Source: Deltaproteobacteria bacterium (GTDB lineage Bacteria; Myxococcota_A; Polyangia; Fen-1088). From it: 64,000 nt of DNA. The stretch lies in assembly GCA_033763315.1 (NCBI GenBank), contig JANRKS010000028.1:96001-160000 (forward strand), given 5' to 3'. The translations under genes and the position numbers were made by a program. Shown here in pieces: positions 12,601 to 21,284 of this stretch; position 1 is the first letter of the stretch, and every line of letters begins with the position of its first letter. A model generated the notes under the pieces. That model was not told where the DNA came from. It searched no databases and saw nothing but the letters and a program-made list of their open reading frames with translations.

Positions 12601-12697
12601 CGCTGAAGTAACTTGGTCTAAAGCCCTTCCACATGGGACTATCGTCAGCGTACGAATGTCAACCAACCCGCATTTAGCGCGCGAGACTGAGGCATGA
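9641..12697 (+). CDS. Sensor histidine kinase with periplasmic beta-propeller repeats, Y_Y_Y domain and HisKA_3
   Basis: Signal peptide; LWAATTNGL / VWVGTNQGL / GLSDDAILSLFEDDSGAVWAGT repeats; FSDLTQGTYELEVRA; TM; ERARVARELHD; IRDDGPGF...GHFGIIGLLER. Confidence 0.9.
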   Translation: MRATRLLLASSCLLIASAAQAEPPQNGRSFEIDVIRPPHGVSALALGRADGALYFGGFQQVIRYDGLSFTVVAQPPLTTGRWITFLEPLASEGVLAIGGDWTSLGAPGADAGRVGVEPWRLLTGTARFEAWPLRKDLVILSTVAVANGIFAGTNHGLIQLDAKGITPARFAMADEPVTALAARGDQVFAATPQGIWASSAKDFVYVRGLPGVRHIAVGSQGRLWAATTNGLYRVTKDAEPLACDMKTVTQPLEINALLTDAQGYVWVGTNQGLYTFDGDGMPERHWGRADGLSDDAILSLFEDDSGAVWAGTRVGGVARIRTPVVSNFGAPEGFSDAVTSTIETCDGAVWTLSEGAVVRALGQNKQIWRIGAQLTGDKLQSISGVGGCLDPRLKRESVPVLVAPARGPLQLILPAGKIRVVPQSTQLTGQIQALAANRNGKGDHIWLVSDAGEALSATLAVDDGRLMIDRRVAPSDGLCKGAIRGISVDAREGLWLAGEGGIGHVAPDGSCECLAPEGLPIANLTSVAFDGERLWAGAREDGGIFLREAPGKPFMQTTSVHGLYCDSILALVPDDKGGIWTACGHGIQWIDSAQMIERAHGGFPIVAAVGFIESDGLRSAFTAPGGWPTASLANDGGFLVATRLGVSRLQPVHKRSDHTFQRGPSLVAVRSNGVAVPPAALLKLSTDHASIEVDIMAATLKSPSRVALAHRLRGRDAGWVASPPGERTLTFSDLTQGTYELEVRASDGDGGWQPRAIHMTIELSTPLRKRAWFLLLLASGAALLLLGMQGIRMRRQRARFSALTAERARVARELHDVLGQTFTGVALQMDAAAQVIDTSPSRAKQYLDRARSMARHAKHDLRHAIWDLRSSELNRRGLSDTLKVLIEEMQQGAPEGLKLHYSAAGPDVVRSALREHELQQITREAIWNAFRHATGATRIDIELTTDRDTIELIIRDDGPGFDVNTSRSTDEGHFGIIGLLERAKRIDAEVTWSKALPHGTIVSVRMSTNPHLARETEA

Positions 12698-13320
12698 CGG
12701 CGAACCAACCTATTCGTGTGTTGATAGCAGACGATAGCCAGCTGGCCCGTCTGGGCATCGCAGCCCTCATTGAAACCTCTGCGGATATGACCCTGGTTGC
12801 GCAGGCGTGCGACGGCGCTTCCGCGATAGAGCTTTATCGTCAGTGGTTGCCGGACGTGCTCCTTGTCGACTTGAAAATGCCTGGCATCGACGGCGTGCAA
12901 GTGGTGGCAACTCTTGCGAAGGAGACGCCTCCCGCCAAAACCATTGTTGTGAGCCAATTTGAGGGTGACGAAGGTGTCTTCCGCGCGTTGCGCGCGGGGG
13001 CTTTATCATATGTGACCAAAGACGCGCAAGGCAGCGATATCCTTGCAGCGATTCGATCGGCGGCCGCGGGCAAGCGCTTTTTGCCTGGCAACATTGGCGC
13101 CAAACTGGCGGACCGCGTAACGGGAGAGCTGCTTTCGCTGCGCGAGCTGCAAGTCCTTAAACTGCTCGCCGACGGCCTATCAAACCTGGCAATCGCCAAG
13201 TCGTTGAGTTTGTCTGAGCGCACAGTTGCGGTGCACGTCGCTCACATCTTGGAGAAAATGGGTGTCAAGAACCGGGCGCAGGCCGTCGCGTCTGCAATGA
13301 AGCGAGGCATCTTGCCATAA
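12694..13320 (+). CDS. NarL/LuxR-family response regulator
   Basis: IADDS...VLLVDLKMPGIDG receiver; LSLRELQVLKLLADGLSNLAIAKSL HTH; ATGA overlap with the kinase stop. Confidence 0.95.
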   Translation: MTANQPIRVLIADDSQLARLGIAALIETSADMTLVAQACDGASAIELYRQWLPDVLLVDLKMPGIDGVQVVATLAKETPPAKTIVVSQFEGDEGVFRALRAGALSYVTKDAQGSDILAAIRSAAAGKRFLPGNIGAKLADRVTGELLSLRELQVLKLLADGLSNLAIAKSLSLSERTVAVHVAHILEKMGVKNRAQAVASAMKRGILP

Positions 13321-13455
13321 GGAAAACATAGTCATTCGCTGCATCTCCTTGTGACAGCCCTGATCGCAGCTAATTGGTAGCGCGCGCGCCAGTCTGTCGT
13401 GAGCGGCGCCCCTTGCTGGGGTCGTTCCTGCGCCAACACGGGAGACGTAAACGAA

Positions 13456-14778
13456 ATGCGATATGATTTGCGCCTATGCGCGAAAGTGGCCTTGGCACTG
13501 ATTTGCTTCATCTGGGCGTGCGGACCCACGGTACAAGACATCTCAAGCGACGATTCATCCGATGATGAGCCAGCGGCAGGTGCCGGTGGAGAGGATGAGT
13601 CCGGCGGCGCAAGTGCAAACGGGGGTCGCGGATCTGGAGGCAAGGCGGGCGCCGGGGGTTCAGGAGGCGTCGGTGGGGAAGCCACGGCGGGGGGCGGCGG
13701 CAAGGGAGCCGTGGCGGGCGAGACGGGAACGGGAGGGAGCGCAGGCAACGGCGGCGTGGGTGGCACAGGCGGGGCCGCTGGCCAACCGGCGGGCGGCCAA
13801 GCAAGCGGCGGCGTGGGTGGCACAGCCGGGGCCGCTGGCCAGGCGGCGGGCGGCCAAGCCGCCGGTGGCGTGGGTGGCACAGGCGGCTCCAACACAGCGG
13901 GAAACATGGGCAATGCCGGCGCGGGCGGCGCGGCGGCCCCCCTCACCATTCCGGTGGTTCTCAAAGGCCGCGAGCGCATCTTGTGGGTGGGCAACAGCTT
14001 TTCCGAATTCTTCGGACCCGTTTCGTCGGCGGTGAATGCCTTGCTCAAAGCGGCCACGCCCAGCATCGCCGATGTGACCTTCGTCGAAAAGGGCAAGGGC
14101 ATGGGAATCCTGCAAGAGTATTACGAGTGGACGTCGCTGGGTGTTCTCGATGCCATCGAGAAGGGCGACTTCGACTATGTTGTGATCCAAAGCTGGGAAG
14201 ACGCCATCAGTCGAAGTGGCCCCGAAGTCTGGGAAAATGGCGAGAAAAATCCAAACTACGCCGCTGCGTACGAAACGGTACAAGCAAACTTTGTGAAGTA
14301 CGTCGGCTTGTTTAAGAAGGCTATCGAATCTGCGGGCGCCAAGATGATTCTTTATCAACCCCATGTGTCTAACTGGGATTGGGAAGCTCAATATCCGAAG
14401 AGCCAAATGAGCCACGCGAAGGCACGAGACGCTTACCCCGATCTCATTGTGTTCTCGACTTTATCGGCGTGGGATCAGGTGCGAAAAGACTATCCCACAA
14501 GCATGTATCGGTGCGCGGGCGATGCGGATCGCACGGTTGCAAATCCTGACTTCATTTCGCTTCTCTACAGCGACTGCGGCCATCAAAACGGAATGGGAAT
14601 GGCGCTCGACGCCTTCACGCTTTACAGCTTGTTCACCGGCGGCCGCTCAGCCGAGGGCCTCGTGCCGGTGTGGCCGGGTGACATCGGCAAGGCGCGCTGG
14701 GATGTGGACCGTTTGCCTTACCTCGCCAAAGTGGGCCACATGGCGGCGCAAAAGGCGATGGGTACCGCCAGCCCCTAA
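13456..14778 (+). CDS. Lipoprotein with Gly-rich linker and SGNH-like hydrolase domain
   Basis: IWAC lipobox; ILWVGNSFS nucleophile motif; FDYVVIQ; LYSDCGHQN (DxxH). Confidence 0.75.
   Translation: MRYDLRLCAKVALALICFIWACGPTVQDISSDDSSDDEPAAGAGGEDESGGASANGGRGSGGKAGAGGSGGVGGEATAGGGGKGAVAGETGTGGSAGNGGVGGTGGAAGQPAGGQASGGVGGTAGAAGQAAGGQAAGGVGGTGGSNTAGNMGNAGAGGAAAPLTIPVVLKGRERILWVGNSFSEFFGPVSSAVNALLKAATPSIADVTFVEKGKGMGILQEYYEWTSLGVLDAIEKGDFDYVVIQSWEDAISRSGPEVWENGEKNPNYAAAYETVQANFVKYVGLFKKAIESAGAKMILYQPHVSNWDWEAQYPKSQMSHAKARDAYPDLIVFSTLSAWDQVRKDYPTSMYRCAGDADRTVANPDFISLLYSDCGHQNGMGMALDAFTLYSLFTGGRSAEGLVPVWPGDIGKARWDVDRLPYLAKVGHMAAQKAMGTASP
13750..13887 (+). repeat. 57-nt tandem repeat (~2.4 copies) in the Gly-rich linker
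   Basis: GGCGGCGTGGGTGGCACAG units at 13750, 13807 and 13864, encoding GGVGGTGGAAGQPAGGQAS-like 19-mers. Confidence 0.8.
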
Positions 14779-14862
14779 GCCGTCACACGAACCCGCCCGA
14801 CGTTGTCGCGCGACTACGGGCGCGCACCGAGGGGCGAGGAAGTCTTGTCCTCGCCCCTGCGT

Positions 14863-16056
14863 TCATTTACAGACCTTACCGGTTTGCAGACGGCCAAATG
14901 CCAACGCCGTGATGATGGTTCCGGTGGACGCGACCACGCGTTTCCACACACGCCCATCCACGCTGCGGAAGAACCGATCGCCATTTTCATCCACGCCCAC
15001 AAAGGTACCTTTATCGCTCACCGCGACCGAACTAACCCAGGTGTTTTGCTCAAGGCTGTGTTTCTGAGTGACCCACGTGGCCCCATCAGGGCTCCGGTAG
15101 GACTCTCTTAAACCCGTGGCGTAAAAATCGTGCCCTGTCCAAATCATCGTTCCGGGAATGTTGGGAGCGGTCACGGGGATCCAAGTGGTCCCCCCATCAT
15201 CCGAACGGCATCCCCCGCCTCGACCCACACCAAGAATGAAATCATTTCCTGCGGCAACGGCGGTGTCGAAGCGCCCCAGACATCCTTGGGGAAGCGATAA
15301 ATTCTTCCACGTGGCCCCACGGTCGCTGCTGACAACCACACGCCCGTTGTCCCCAAACGCGATGAACTTGCCCTTCGCATAAACGAGCCGACGCAAGACA
15401 GGCGCGTCCCCACCCCACTGCACCGTTTTCCAGTTCATGCCAAGATCGTTTGATATGTGGGCCTTGCTGCGATCGGCAACCGCAAGAAACGCCCCATCGC
15501 CGAACGTGATGGAAGTCGCTGTGGATCCCGTCTGCGACACGCCAAAGGTTTGTTGCCAAGCAACACCATCTTCGCTGCGGAACAAACTCGCGGTGGGCAC
15601 GCCCCAACCGTAAAGCGCCACGAACACGCCATGACCGTAAGCCAGCCCCATGCCTGACCAGGTGGCATGATCAGCGTCGCTATCGTTTACTTTGACTTCA
15701 TGCGACCACGTGGCGCCGTCGTCGCACGATGATAGCCTCCGCCCTCCGTGCCCAACCGCCACAAACACGCCATCGCCTTGCAAAGCAACCGGTTGCGCGT
15801 CTTGGTTCGAAGACGTCGGATTGCTGCCATCGGGCTTGATTTCAGGCGTGGCAGCGTCGCGCGATCCACTTTCGCGGGCATCCGCGGACATGCCACCTAA
15901 GGGCGAATCCAAAGGAGGGTCCACAACCGCCTCGCCGCCTTGCCCCAGGTCGCCTCCTTGTCCGTCATCCGGGCCTTGCACCTCGCCCTTGGGTTGAACG
16001 CCACACGCAACGGTGCAATAGCAAGCGAACGTTAGCAGCAACGACTGGAACTTCAT
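14863..16056 (-). CDS. Lipoprotein with BNR/Asp-box repeats (beta-propeller)
   Basis: VAC lipobox; repeated SxDGxTW (SCDDGATW, SEDGVAW, SNDLGMNW, SSDRGATW, SDDGGTTW, SPDGATW, SVDGRVW). Confidence 0.85.
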   Translation of the reverse strand: MKFQSLLLTFACYCTVACGVQPKGEVQGPDDGQGGDLGQGGEAVVDPPLDSPLGGMSADARESGSRDAATPEIKPDGSNPTSSNQDAQPVALQGDGVFVAVGHGGRRLSSCDDGATWSHEVKVNDSDADHATWSGMGLAYGHGVFVALYGWGVPTASLFRSEDGVAWQQTFGVSQTGSTATSITFGDGAFLAVADRSKAHISNDLGMNWKTVQWGGDAPVLRRLVYAKGKFIAFGDNGRVVVSSDRGATWKNLSLPQGCLGRFDTAVAAGNDFILGVGRGGGCRSDDGGTTWIPVTAPNIPGTMIWTGHDFYATGLRESYRSPDGATWVTQKHSLEQNTWVSSVAVSDKGTFVGVDENGDRFFRSVDGRVWKRVVASTGTIITALAFGRLQTGKVCK

Positions 16057-16118
16057 GCGTTGGACCTCGCCTTAAAGACTTGGATGACCGTCGCGCAACG
16101 GCCCTATGTGCAAGCAAG

Positions 16119-17636
16119 TTAAGTGATTATAGGCAGCGGCTCCGAAGCCGCCGCGAGCTCTCCGGCGACATAGCGGCTGGCGCCCATGAACTTCGAATCA
16201 AACGGCATGTTCGGGTAGCCGGGGCCATCTGGCCTTTGCCACTCTTGGCGGGAAACCCCCATCGCTCCAAGCGCCGTGGCCAAAAAGCGGGAGTGCGGAA
16301 CGCCCAGCCAATTCGGGAAGGCCTTTCGCGCCTCACCTCCGCTGCTCGCGCACATCGGAATCTTGTTGCGGTAATCAACATACATTCCGGTCTTGATGGC
16401 GCCGCCTGCGCCGCCCATGGTGACCACCTCGAAGTCAACAGAGTGGTGGCTGGGCGTCGCGCACTCTTGGCCCCACAGGACCAAAGAGTCGTCGAGCAAC
16501 GTGTTGACGCCGTCGGCAGACGCTGAATCAAGTTTTCGTGCAAGGTCGAGAACAACGAGTTCAAACATCTTCTGGTTGGCGGCCCAAAGCACGTTTTGTT
16601 GCGCTTCTGAATCACCCGCTTCATGTGCAACTGTGTGCCAGTCTCCCGCGTGCACCTTATCAAACGTTTCGGACGCACAATTGATCGAGAACACCCGCGT
16701 TACATCACACGCAAAAGCCGCCGCAATGATGTCGTTCATCGCTTGAAAGTAGGGCAGATCCCCCCAGCCTGGGTTGTCATCAACCTTGGGGTCGGTGCAC
16801 GTTACAGGCTTATACATTTCAGCGCGCTTTTGAACGTCGTACAGCCGTTCCATATGCTGGTCGAGGCGAGCGCGATCCGCCGCCGAAAGCCGCGTTGCGC
16901 TTTGTCGCAACCGTTTGTAATCAGCGAGCGCGGCATCAACAATCAATTTGCGATCGGGACCGTTATTGCTTGCGGACGTGGGCGTTTGATTTGTGAACAA
17001 CATCTTCGGCAAAGTCGACAGCGCGTAATCCACCCAGGGCGCGCCTTCGATTCCCGCTGAGGGGTTCTTCGGATCCTTGTATCGAAAGGAGCACTGGCTT
17101 CCTGCGGTTCCCGTGTAAATCGACCGCGCACGCATCGACACCCCGCTTGGGTAGACCCCCGGGCTTGCGGCCATGATCTGATCGATGGTCGGAACGGTGA
17201 GTTCTGCAGGCAGCGGCCCCGAAGCGCTGTTGTAAGTACCAAGCACCCCGCCCGTGTTATGCGCGAGATAAAAGCTTACATCCAGGCCGCGCAGCAGGTT
17301 CATCTTGCCGAGCAAGCGCTCGGAGAACAGACTGTCAGGCGCGCTCAAAACCTTTGACACCACAGCGCGGCCACCAGACACCTCGCGCTTAAGACGGCCC
17401 CACGAAACTTCGTGCCCCGGAAGCAGCGTTTCACGTTCGGTCAAGGTGCTTGCGCTGGGCAAGAGGTTCTCTTCCCAAATGCCCCCATGCCCCGTGCGAA
17501 AGGCAACGAACCGGCGCGGTCGCTTCGTTTGGGCCAACACGCTCCGTGGCAAAAGCGATGAAAGAAATGGTATCGCTACTGAAAAACCACTCGCGCTCAA
17601 GAACATGCGACGCGAGGACATGTGAACACCGCTCAT
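16119..17636 (-). CDS. DUF1552 family protein, Tat-like signal
   Basis: SSRRMFLS...PFLSSLLPRSVLAQ; PTIDQIMA; LSAADRARLDQH; AFACDVTRV; WHTVAH; TLLDDSLVLWGQE. 4-nt overlap with the upstream gene. Confidence 0.88.
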   Translation of the reverse strand: MSGVHMSSRRMFLSASGFSVAIPFLSSLLPRSVLAQTKRPRRFVAFRTGHGGIWEENLLPSASTLTERETLLPGHEVSWGRLKREVSGGRAVVSKVLSAPDSLFSERLLGKMNLLRGLDVSFYLAHNTGGVLGTYNSASGPLPAELTVPTIDQIMAASPGVYPSGVSMRARSIYTGTAGSQCSFRYKDPKNPSAGIEGAPWVDYALSTLPKMLFTNQTPTSASNNGPDRKLIVDAALADYKRLRQSATRLSAADRARLDQHMERLYDVQKRAEMYKPVTCTDPKVDDNPGWGDLPYFQAMNDIIAAAFACDVTRVFSINCASETFDKVHAGDWHTVAHEAGDSEAQQNVLWAANQKMFELVVLDLARKLDSASADGVNTLLDDSLVLWGQECATPSHHSVDFEVVTMGGAGGAIKTGMYVDYRNKIPMCASSGGEARKAFPNWLGVPHSRFLATALGAMGVSRQEWQRPDGPGYPNMPFDSKFMGASRYVAGELAAASEPLPIIT

Positions 17637-19504
17637 TGTTTTCCTCCGGCAGCAATACCAATATTCTTTTCGCGGAAAGCATTCGACAGCAAGATGGCCT
17701 TGAGGCTGTCATCCAAGCTGTCACCCGCCGCGCTTCGGATTCTTTCTAGAGTGCACCCGTCCTTCTCCTCGTCCTCGACCCGCGCGAACGTGTAACGAAA
17801 GTACTGTTTTGCAAGGCAGGCGGCCGGCTTGCCGGATTCCTCAAGCAAATCCGCCAAACCCTTTGCATCCGAAACTTCACGATCGTCATCAGGCGTGACT
17901 CGTGGAGCCACTTTTGTATCCACCGCTGTCGTAGAAATCACAGACCCACTGCTCACATCAAAGCGGCGCTCCATCGTGCGCGCCCGTCCAAGCGCATCAA
18001 AGCCTTCCGTAACGAAGCCGAGCGGGTTGATGAGGTACGTGTGGCAAGCCGCACACGAGGTACCCGGCGCTTCCGTCAGCACAGCGGCAATTTGCCGCTC
18101 CGTCGTGGCTTTGCTGGTATCGGTCTTGGCAGCTTCAGCAAGCGCATTGGCAGGCGGTGGCGGAATTTCATCGCACAAAATCGAGCGCCGAATGAACACG
18201 CCCTTCATGATCGGGTTCGTGCGCCCAGCGGGGTTCGCACGGTATAGAAGCGCGGGCCGCGTGAGCAAACCATCGCGGCCTGGGGCACGACGAGGTTCGC
18301 CGCTTGACCACGTCGAAACACCATAAATCTTCGCCAGCGCATCTGTAGACGGGAACACCGCGTTCGAGCGAAACAGATCTGAGAGGCGTCCACCATCACC
18401 CCCGCTGCGAATGTAGTTCACGAATTCCAAGACATCGCGAACCGCCGCCGGCTTCCACGTGGCGTCAGGCAAGTCACCACCCGCAAACGACTTATAAGCT
18501 TTCTCGTTCGACAGCCCCGCTGCGTCGGGCAATTCATCGAGGTGCCACCATTCCTCGAAGAACTTCTCCATCGTTTTCTTTGCGCGCGCGTCTGACGTCA
18601 CGCGGTTCACCGCGGCTTTCCATTGATCCGGGTTAGAGAGACCACCAGCGCGCGCCGCCTCCAACAACGAATCGTCGGGCGGCGCGTCCCACGCTTGATA
18701 CGAAAGTCGCGACGCCAGCTCCCAGTCATCGAGAGCGTAGCGGCCCTGCACCCCGGCAACCGCGTCCTTGCCTTGCTCCACCAGATACATCATCCTCGGC
18801 GAAATCAAGATCGTGGCGACCACGTTTGCAATGCCCTTGGCTGTGATGGGACTTGCACCGGCCACCGCCACGTAGCTATCAAGGTCCTCCTTGGCAAGCG
18901 GGCGCCGCTGCACCCGAGCTCCGAACTTTGCCACAAACGTTCTTAAACACGCGTCGTCGTTGGCTTTGTCTGTGTCCGTTGCACAGGCACCCACAAGCTC
19001 AGGCAACCGCAACGCGGTTGTGGCTTCCGACGCCACCGCCATGGCCACGTCCAACCACGCGTCAACGCCTTGTTGTGTGATGTCCTGGGCCAGTCGGCGG
19101 AACGTGCCGTGGGGCTCGTCCGCGATCTGCGGTCGCAACTCGATCGGCACAAGTGCCAGCTGGCGGTCGACGGCCTGCATGACCTCGGCGCCTGATTTAG
19201 GCAGTGAATAACGAACAACGTCACTCAGCGTGTTTTTGATCTGCGGCGCTGTAAGCTTGCGCAGCGGAGCGTCCTGCCACGTTTTTGACTGATCGCAGAC
19301 GAACGACTTCGGCGAACCCTCACCATCCACGCCGCCTGTACCAGGGGTGTCGCTGCCGCCCCCGCCCCCGCTCCCGTCGTCAGGAGAATCGTTTGAACCA
19401 CGCCCTTGGCCGTTGCTGGTGACCTGTCCGGAGCAGGCCGCGAGGCTTAAACAAACAGCCATCGTCAAGAACAGCGGGCGCGCGTAGGCGGGATCTTTGA
19501 ACAT
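17633..19504 (-). CDS. DUF1592/DUF1588/DUF1587/DUF1595-type lipoprotein with CxxCH motif
   Basis: LAAC lipobox; LRKLTxxQIxNTL; ELASRLSYxxWDAPPDDxLL; TNPIMKGVFIRRSILC; CAACH...NPLGFVTEGFDALGR. Confidence 0.9.
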   Translation of the reverse strand: MFKDPAYARPLFLTMAVCLSLAACSGQVTSNGQGRGSNDSPDDGSGGGGGSDTPGTGGVDGEGSPKSFVCDQSKTWQDAPLRKLTAPQIKNTLSDVVRYSLPKSGAEVMQAVDRQLALVPIELRPQIADEPHGTFRRLAQDITQQGVDAWLDVAMAVASEATTALRLPELVGACATDTDKANDDACLRTFVAKFGARVQRRPLAKEDLDSYVAVAGASPITAKGIANVVATILISPRMMYLVEQGKDAVAGVQGRYALDDWELASRLSYQAWDAPPDDSLLEAARAGGLSNPDQWKAAVNRVTSDARAKKTMEKFFEEWWHLDELPDAAGLSNEKAYKSFAGGDLPDATWKPAAVRDVLEFVNYIRSGGDGGRLSDLFRSNAVFPSTDALAKIYGVSTWSSGEPRRAPGRDGLLTRPALLYRANPAGRTNPIMKGVFIRRSILCDEIPPPPANALAEAAKTDTSKATTERQIAAVLTEAPGTSCAACHTYLINPLGFVTEGFDALGRARTMERRFDVSSGSVISTTAVDTKVAPRVTPDDDREVSDAKGLADLLEESGKPAACLAKQYFRYTFARVEDEEKDGCTLERIRSAAGDSLDDSLKAILLSNAFREKNIGIAAGGKQ

Positions 19505-19680
19505 CTTAGAAACTCCAACCCTGTTGAAGCTTCACTGTCCCAGGTCGGATCGGCTCCGCCCAGCGCCGCGGCTACAGGATAGACTGCGCGAAATACTTAG
19601 TCGCAGTGCCGGCCGGGCTTTGCGATGGCGTTTATGTGCGCGCCAAACACGAGCGGCCTACCCGCATCGGCCCCTGCGCG

Positions 19681-20040
19681 TCAGGCCGCCCGCGGCTGCG
19701 GCGGCTCTAACGAGGAAAGAAACGCCATGAAGGCTTCGTTCGCACGATCCAACTTCACGGCGAAGCCCTCATTCTCAACACGCACCACACGCGCCGCCGC
19801 CACGCAGGAAACAGCGCCTGGCAACACAAACCCGAAGGCAACCATTTCGCCAACGCTCACGCCGGGTCCCGGCTTGCCCACGAAGCGACCACCGCCCCAG
19901 GAAACGTCTTGCAGCTCTATGTCTGCCGAACGACGGCCGCTGTCGAAGTGCACACGGATCGGCAAGCCCAAGTGATGGCGCTCATGAACGCGGCGCTCGC
20001 GTCCTGTCTTCTTCTGCTGCTTCACAACACTTAGGCCCAT
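19681..20040 (-). CDS. Single-domain PilZ protein
   Basis: ERRVHER (RxxxR) and DVSWGG (DxSxxG); SD AGGAGG. Confidence 0.85.
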   Translation of the reverse strand: MGLSVVKQQKKTGRERRVHERHHLGLPIRVHFDSGRRSADIELQDVSWGGGRFVGKPGPGVSVGEMVAFGFVLPGAVSCVAAARVVRVENEGFAVKLDRANEAFMAFLSSLEPPQPRAA

Positions 20041-20077
20041 TGCACTGTCCTCCTGCGGCGCTCTTTTGCACGAGGTT

Positions 20078-20105
20078 GTTCGGCACGAAGAGGAAACGCC
20101 TTAAG
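20078..20105 (-). promoter_or_regulatory. Sigma28/FliA-like promoter upstream of the PilZ gene
   Basis: Minus strand CTTAAG-GCGTTTCCTCTTCGTG-CCGAAC. Confidence 0.55.
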
Positions 20106-20166
20106 TACGAATGCAACAAAAATCGCCGTGGCAGCACAACACGCGAGTGCTTTGTAGGCGCCGAGG

Positions 20167-21270
20167 TTAGCCGACCTTGATGATCTTGCGTCGAAGCAAA
20201 CGCGACAGCGTACGCAGGGCCTCGAAGCGCCCCATGCCTGAGATATCTATCAACGTTTCAATCGGCAAAGTGCCATCGATACACGAAAGCAAAAAGCCCG
20301 TGCGGTGATCAAAACTGCTGGCATTCACTGTGGCGTCATCCACGGCCATCGTGGGCACACCGTGGCGACCAAGATGTGCGAAGAAGGCGCGCTCCAGCGC
20401 CGAACGTGCAGGTTCGATCACTTCTGCGATGCCGGGCGCGGGCGATTTTTCGGCGATCTGCAACAAGTCTTCTGCGGTATTTGCAGCCAGTTCGTTCTTG
20501 CCCGCCGCCAACGCTTCGTTGACCTGCTTAACCAACATCTTGCCGCGGTCGCGCGCTTCGGCCAACGCAAGATCTAGGGGCGTGTCAGCGCGAGATGGGG
20601 GGCGCGAGGCAGCCACGGGTGGCTCGACGCCCACAGGGCGGGTGATCACATCGGCCACGGGTGCTTGCGGCACGGCATCGTTGAACGAAACCGGCGCGGG
20701 GCGCGTGGATGGCTTCGGCAAAGCCGCGGGCGGCATCGGCGCCGCCACAGGCTTAACTGCCGTAGGAGCCGCGGGTTTGGGCGGAGGCGCGGGCATCGCG
20801 GGCTTGGGCGCCACGACCGCAGCGGGCGACGATGGTGGCGACGGCACGGCGGTGATCACTGTGGCCGTTCGCCGCATGTTTTCAGGCAAGGTGCTTGGCG
20901 CCAACAATTCGGGCAGCGTAGACACAAGCGTTTGACGGCGCTTGCGCACGCCTTCGTCCGCGTCAGCATCGTCTTGACCAGCAAACGTTGACGGCGCCTC
21001 ACCTCCGGGCGCTGTTCCTTCGTTCGTGCTCCAATCATCGGCGTCACTTGGGAACGGCGAGGGCTCACGCGAGGACGCTTTCGGAGGCACGGGCGTCTTC
21101 GCCGACATGCGCTCCTCGACGAACGAAACGAGCTTGCGCGCCTCCTCGTTGCCAGGATCGATTTGCAGCGCCTCTCGCCATAGGCCCAAGGCTTGTGGCA
21201 GATCGCCCCTGCCATAACTGGCAAGGCCACGCTCGATCAAACTGCGCGCGTCTTTGGCTCCGGCAGGCAC
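20167..21270 (-). CDS. TPR + Pro/Ala-rich linker + C-terminal winged-helix-like domain protein
   Basis: GLASYGRGDLPQALGLWREALQIDPGNEEA (TPR); C-terminal HRTGFLLSCIDGTLPIETLIDISGMGRFEALRTL. Confidence 0.7.
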   Translation of the reverse strand: MPAGAKDARSLIERGLASYGRGDLPQALGLWREALQIDPGNEEARKLVSFVEERMSAKTPVPPKASSREPSPFPSDADDWSTNEGTAPGGEAPSTFAGQDDADADEGVRKRRQTLVSTLPELLAPSTLPENMRRTATVITAVPSPPSSPAAVVAPKPAMPAPPPKPAAPTAVKPVAAPMPPAALPKPSTRPAPVSFNDAVPQAPVADVITRPVGVEPPVAASRPPSRADTPLDLALAEARDRGKMLVKQVNEALAAGKNELAANTAEDLLQIAEKSPAPGIAEVIEPARSALERAFFAHLGRHGVPTMAVDDATVNASSFDHRTGFLLSCIDGTLPIETLIDISGMGRFEALRTLSRLLRRKIIKVG

Positions 21271-21284
21271 TTTTGGTTCCGCTT

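Noticed and set aside
13750-13887. Tandem repeats as a CRISPR array
   Set aside because: In-frame coding repeats with no unique spacers and no cas genes.
13332-14415. Long antisense Pro-rich ORFs (and similar shadow ORFs across the window)
   Set aside because: They mirror Gly-rich or high-GC coding frames; no motifs or start signals.
5840-19504. Discrete genomic island (codon usage looks more relaxed than in the dnaK/RND block)
   Set aside because: Impression only; no integrase, tRNA or flanking repeats seen. A sliding GC3/tetranucleotide analysis would be needed.
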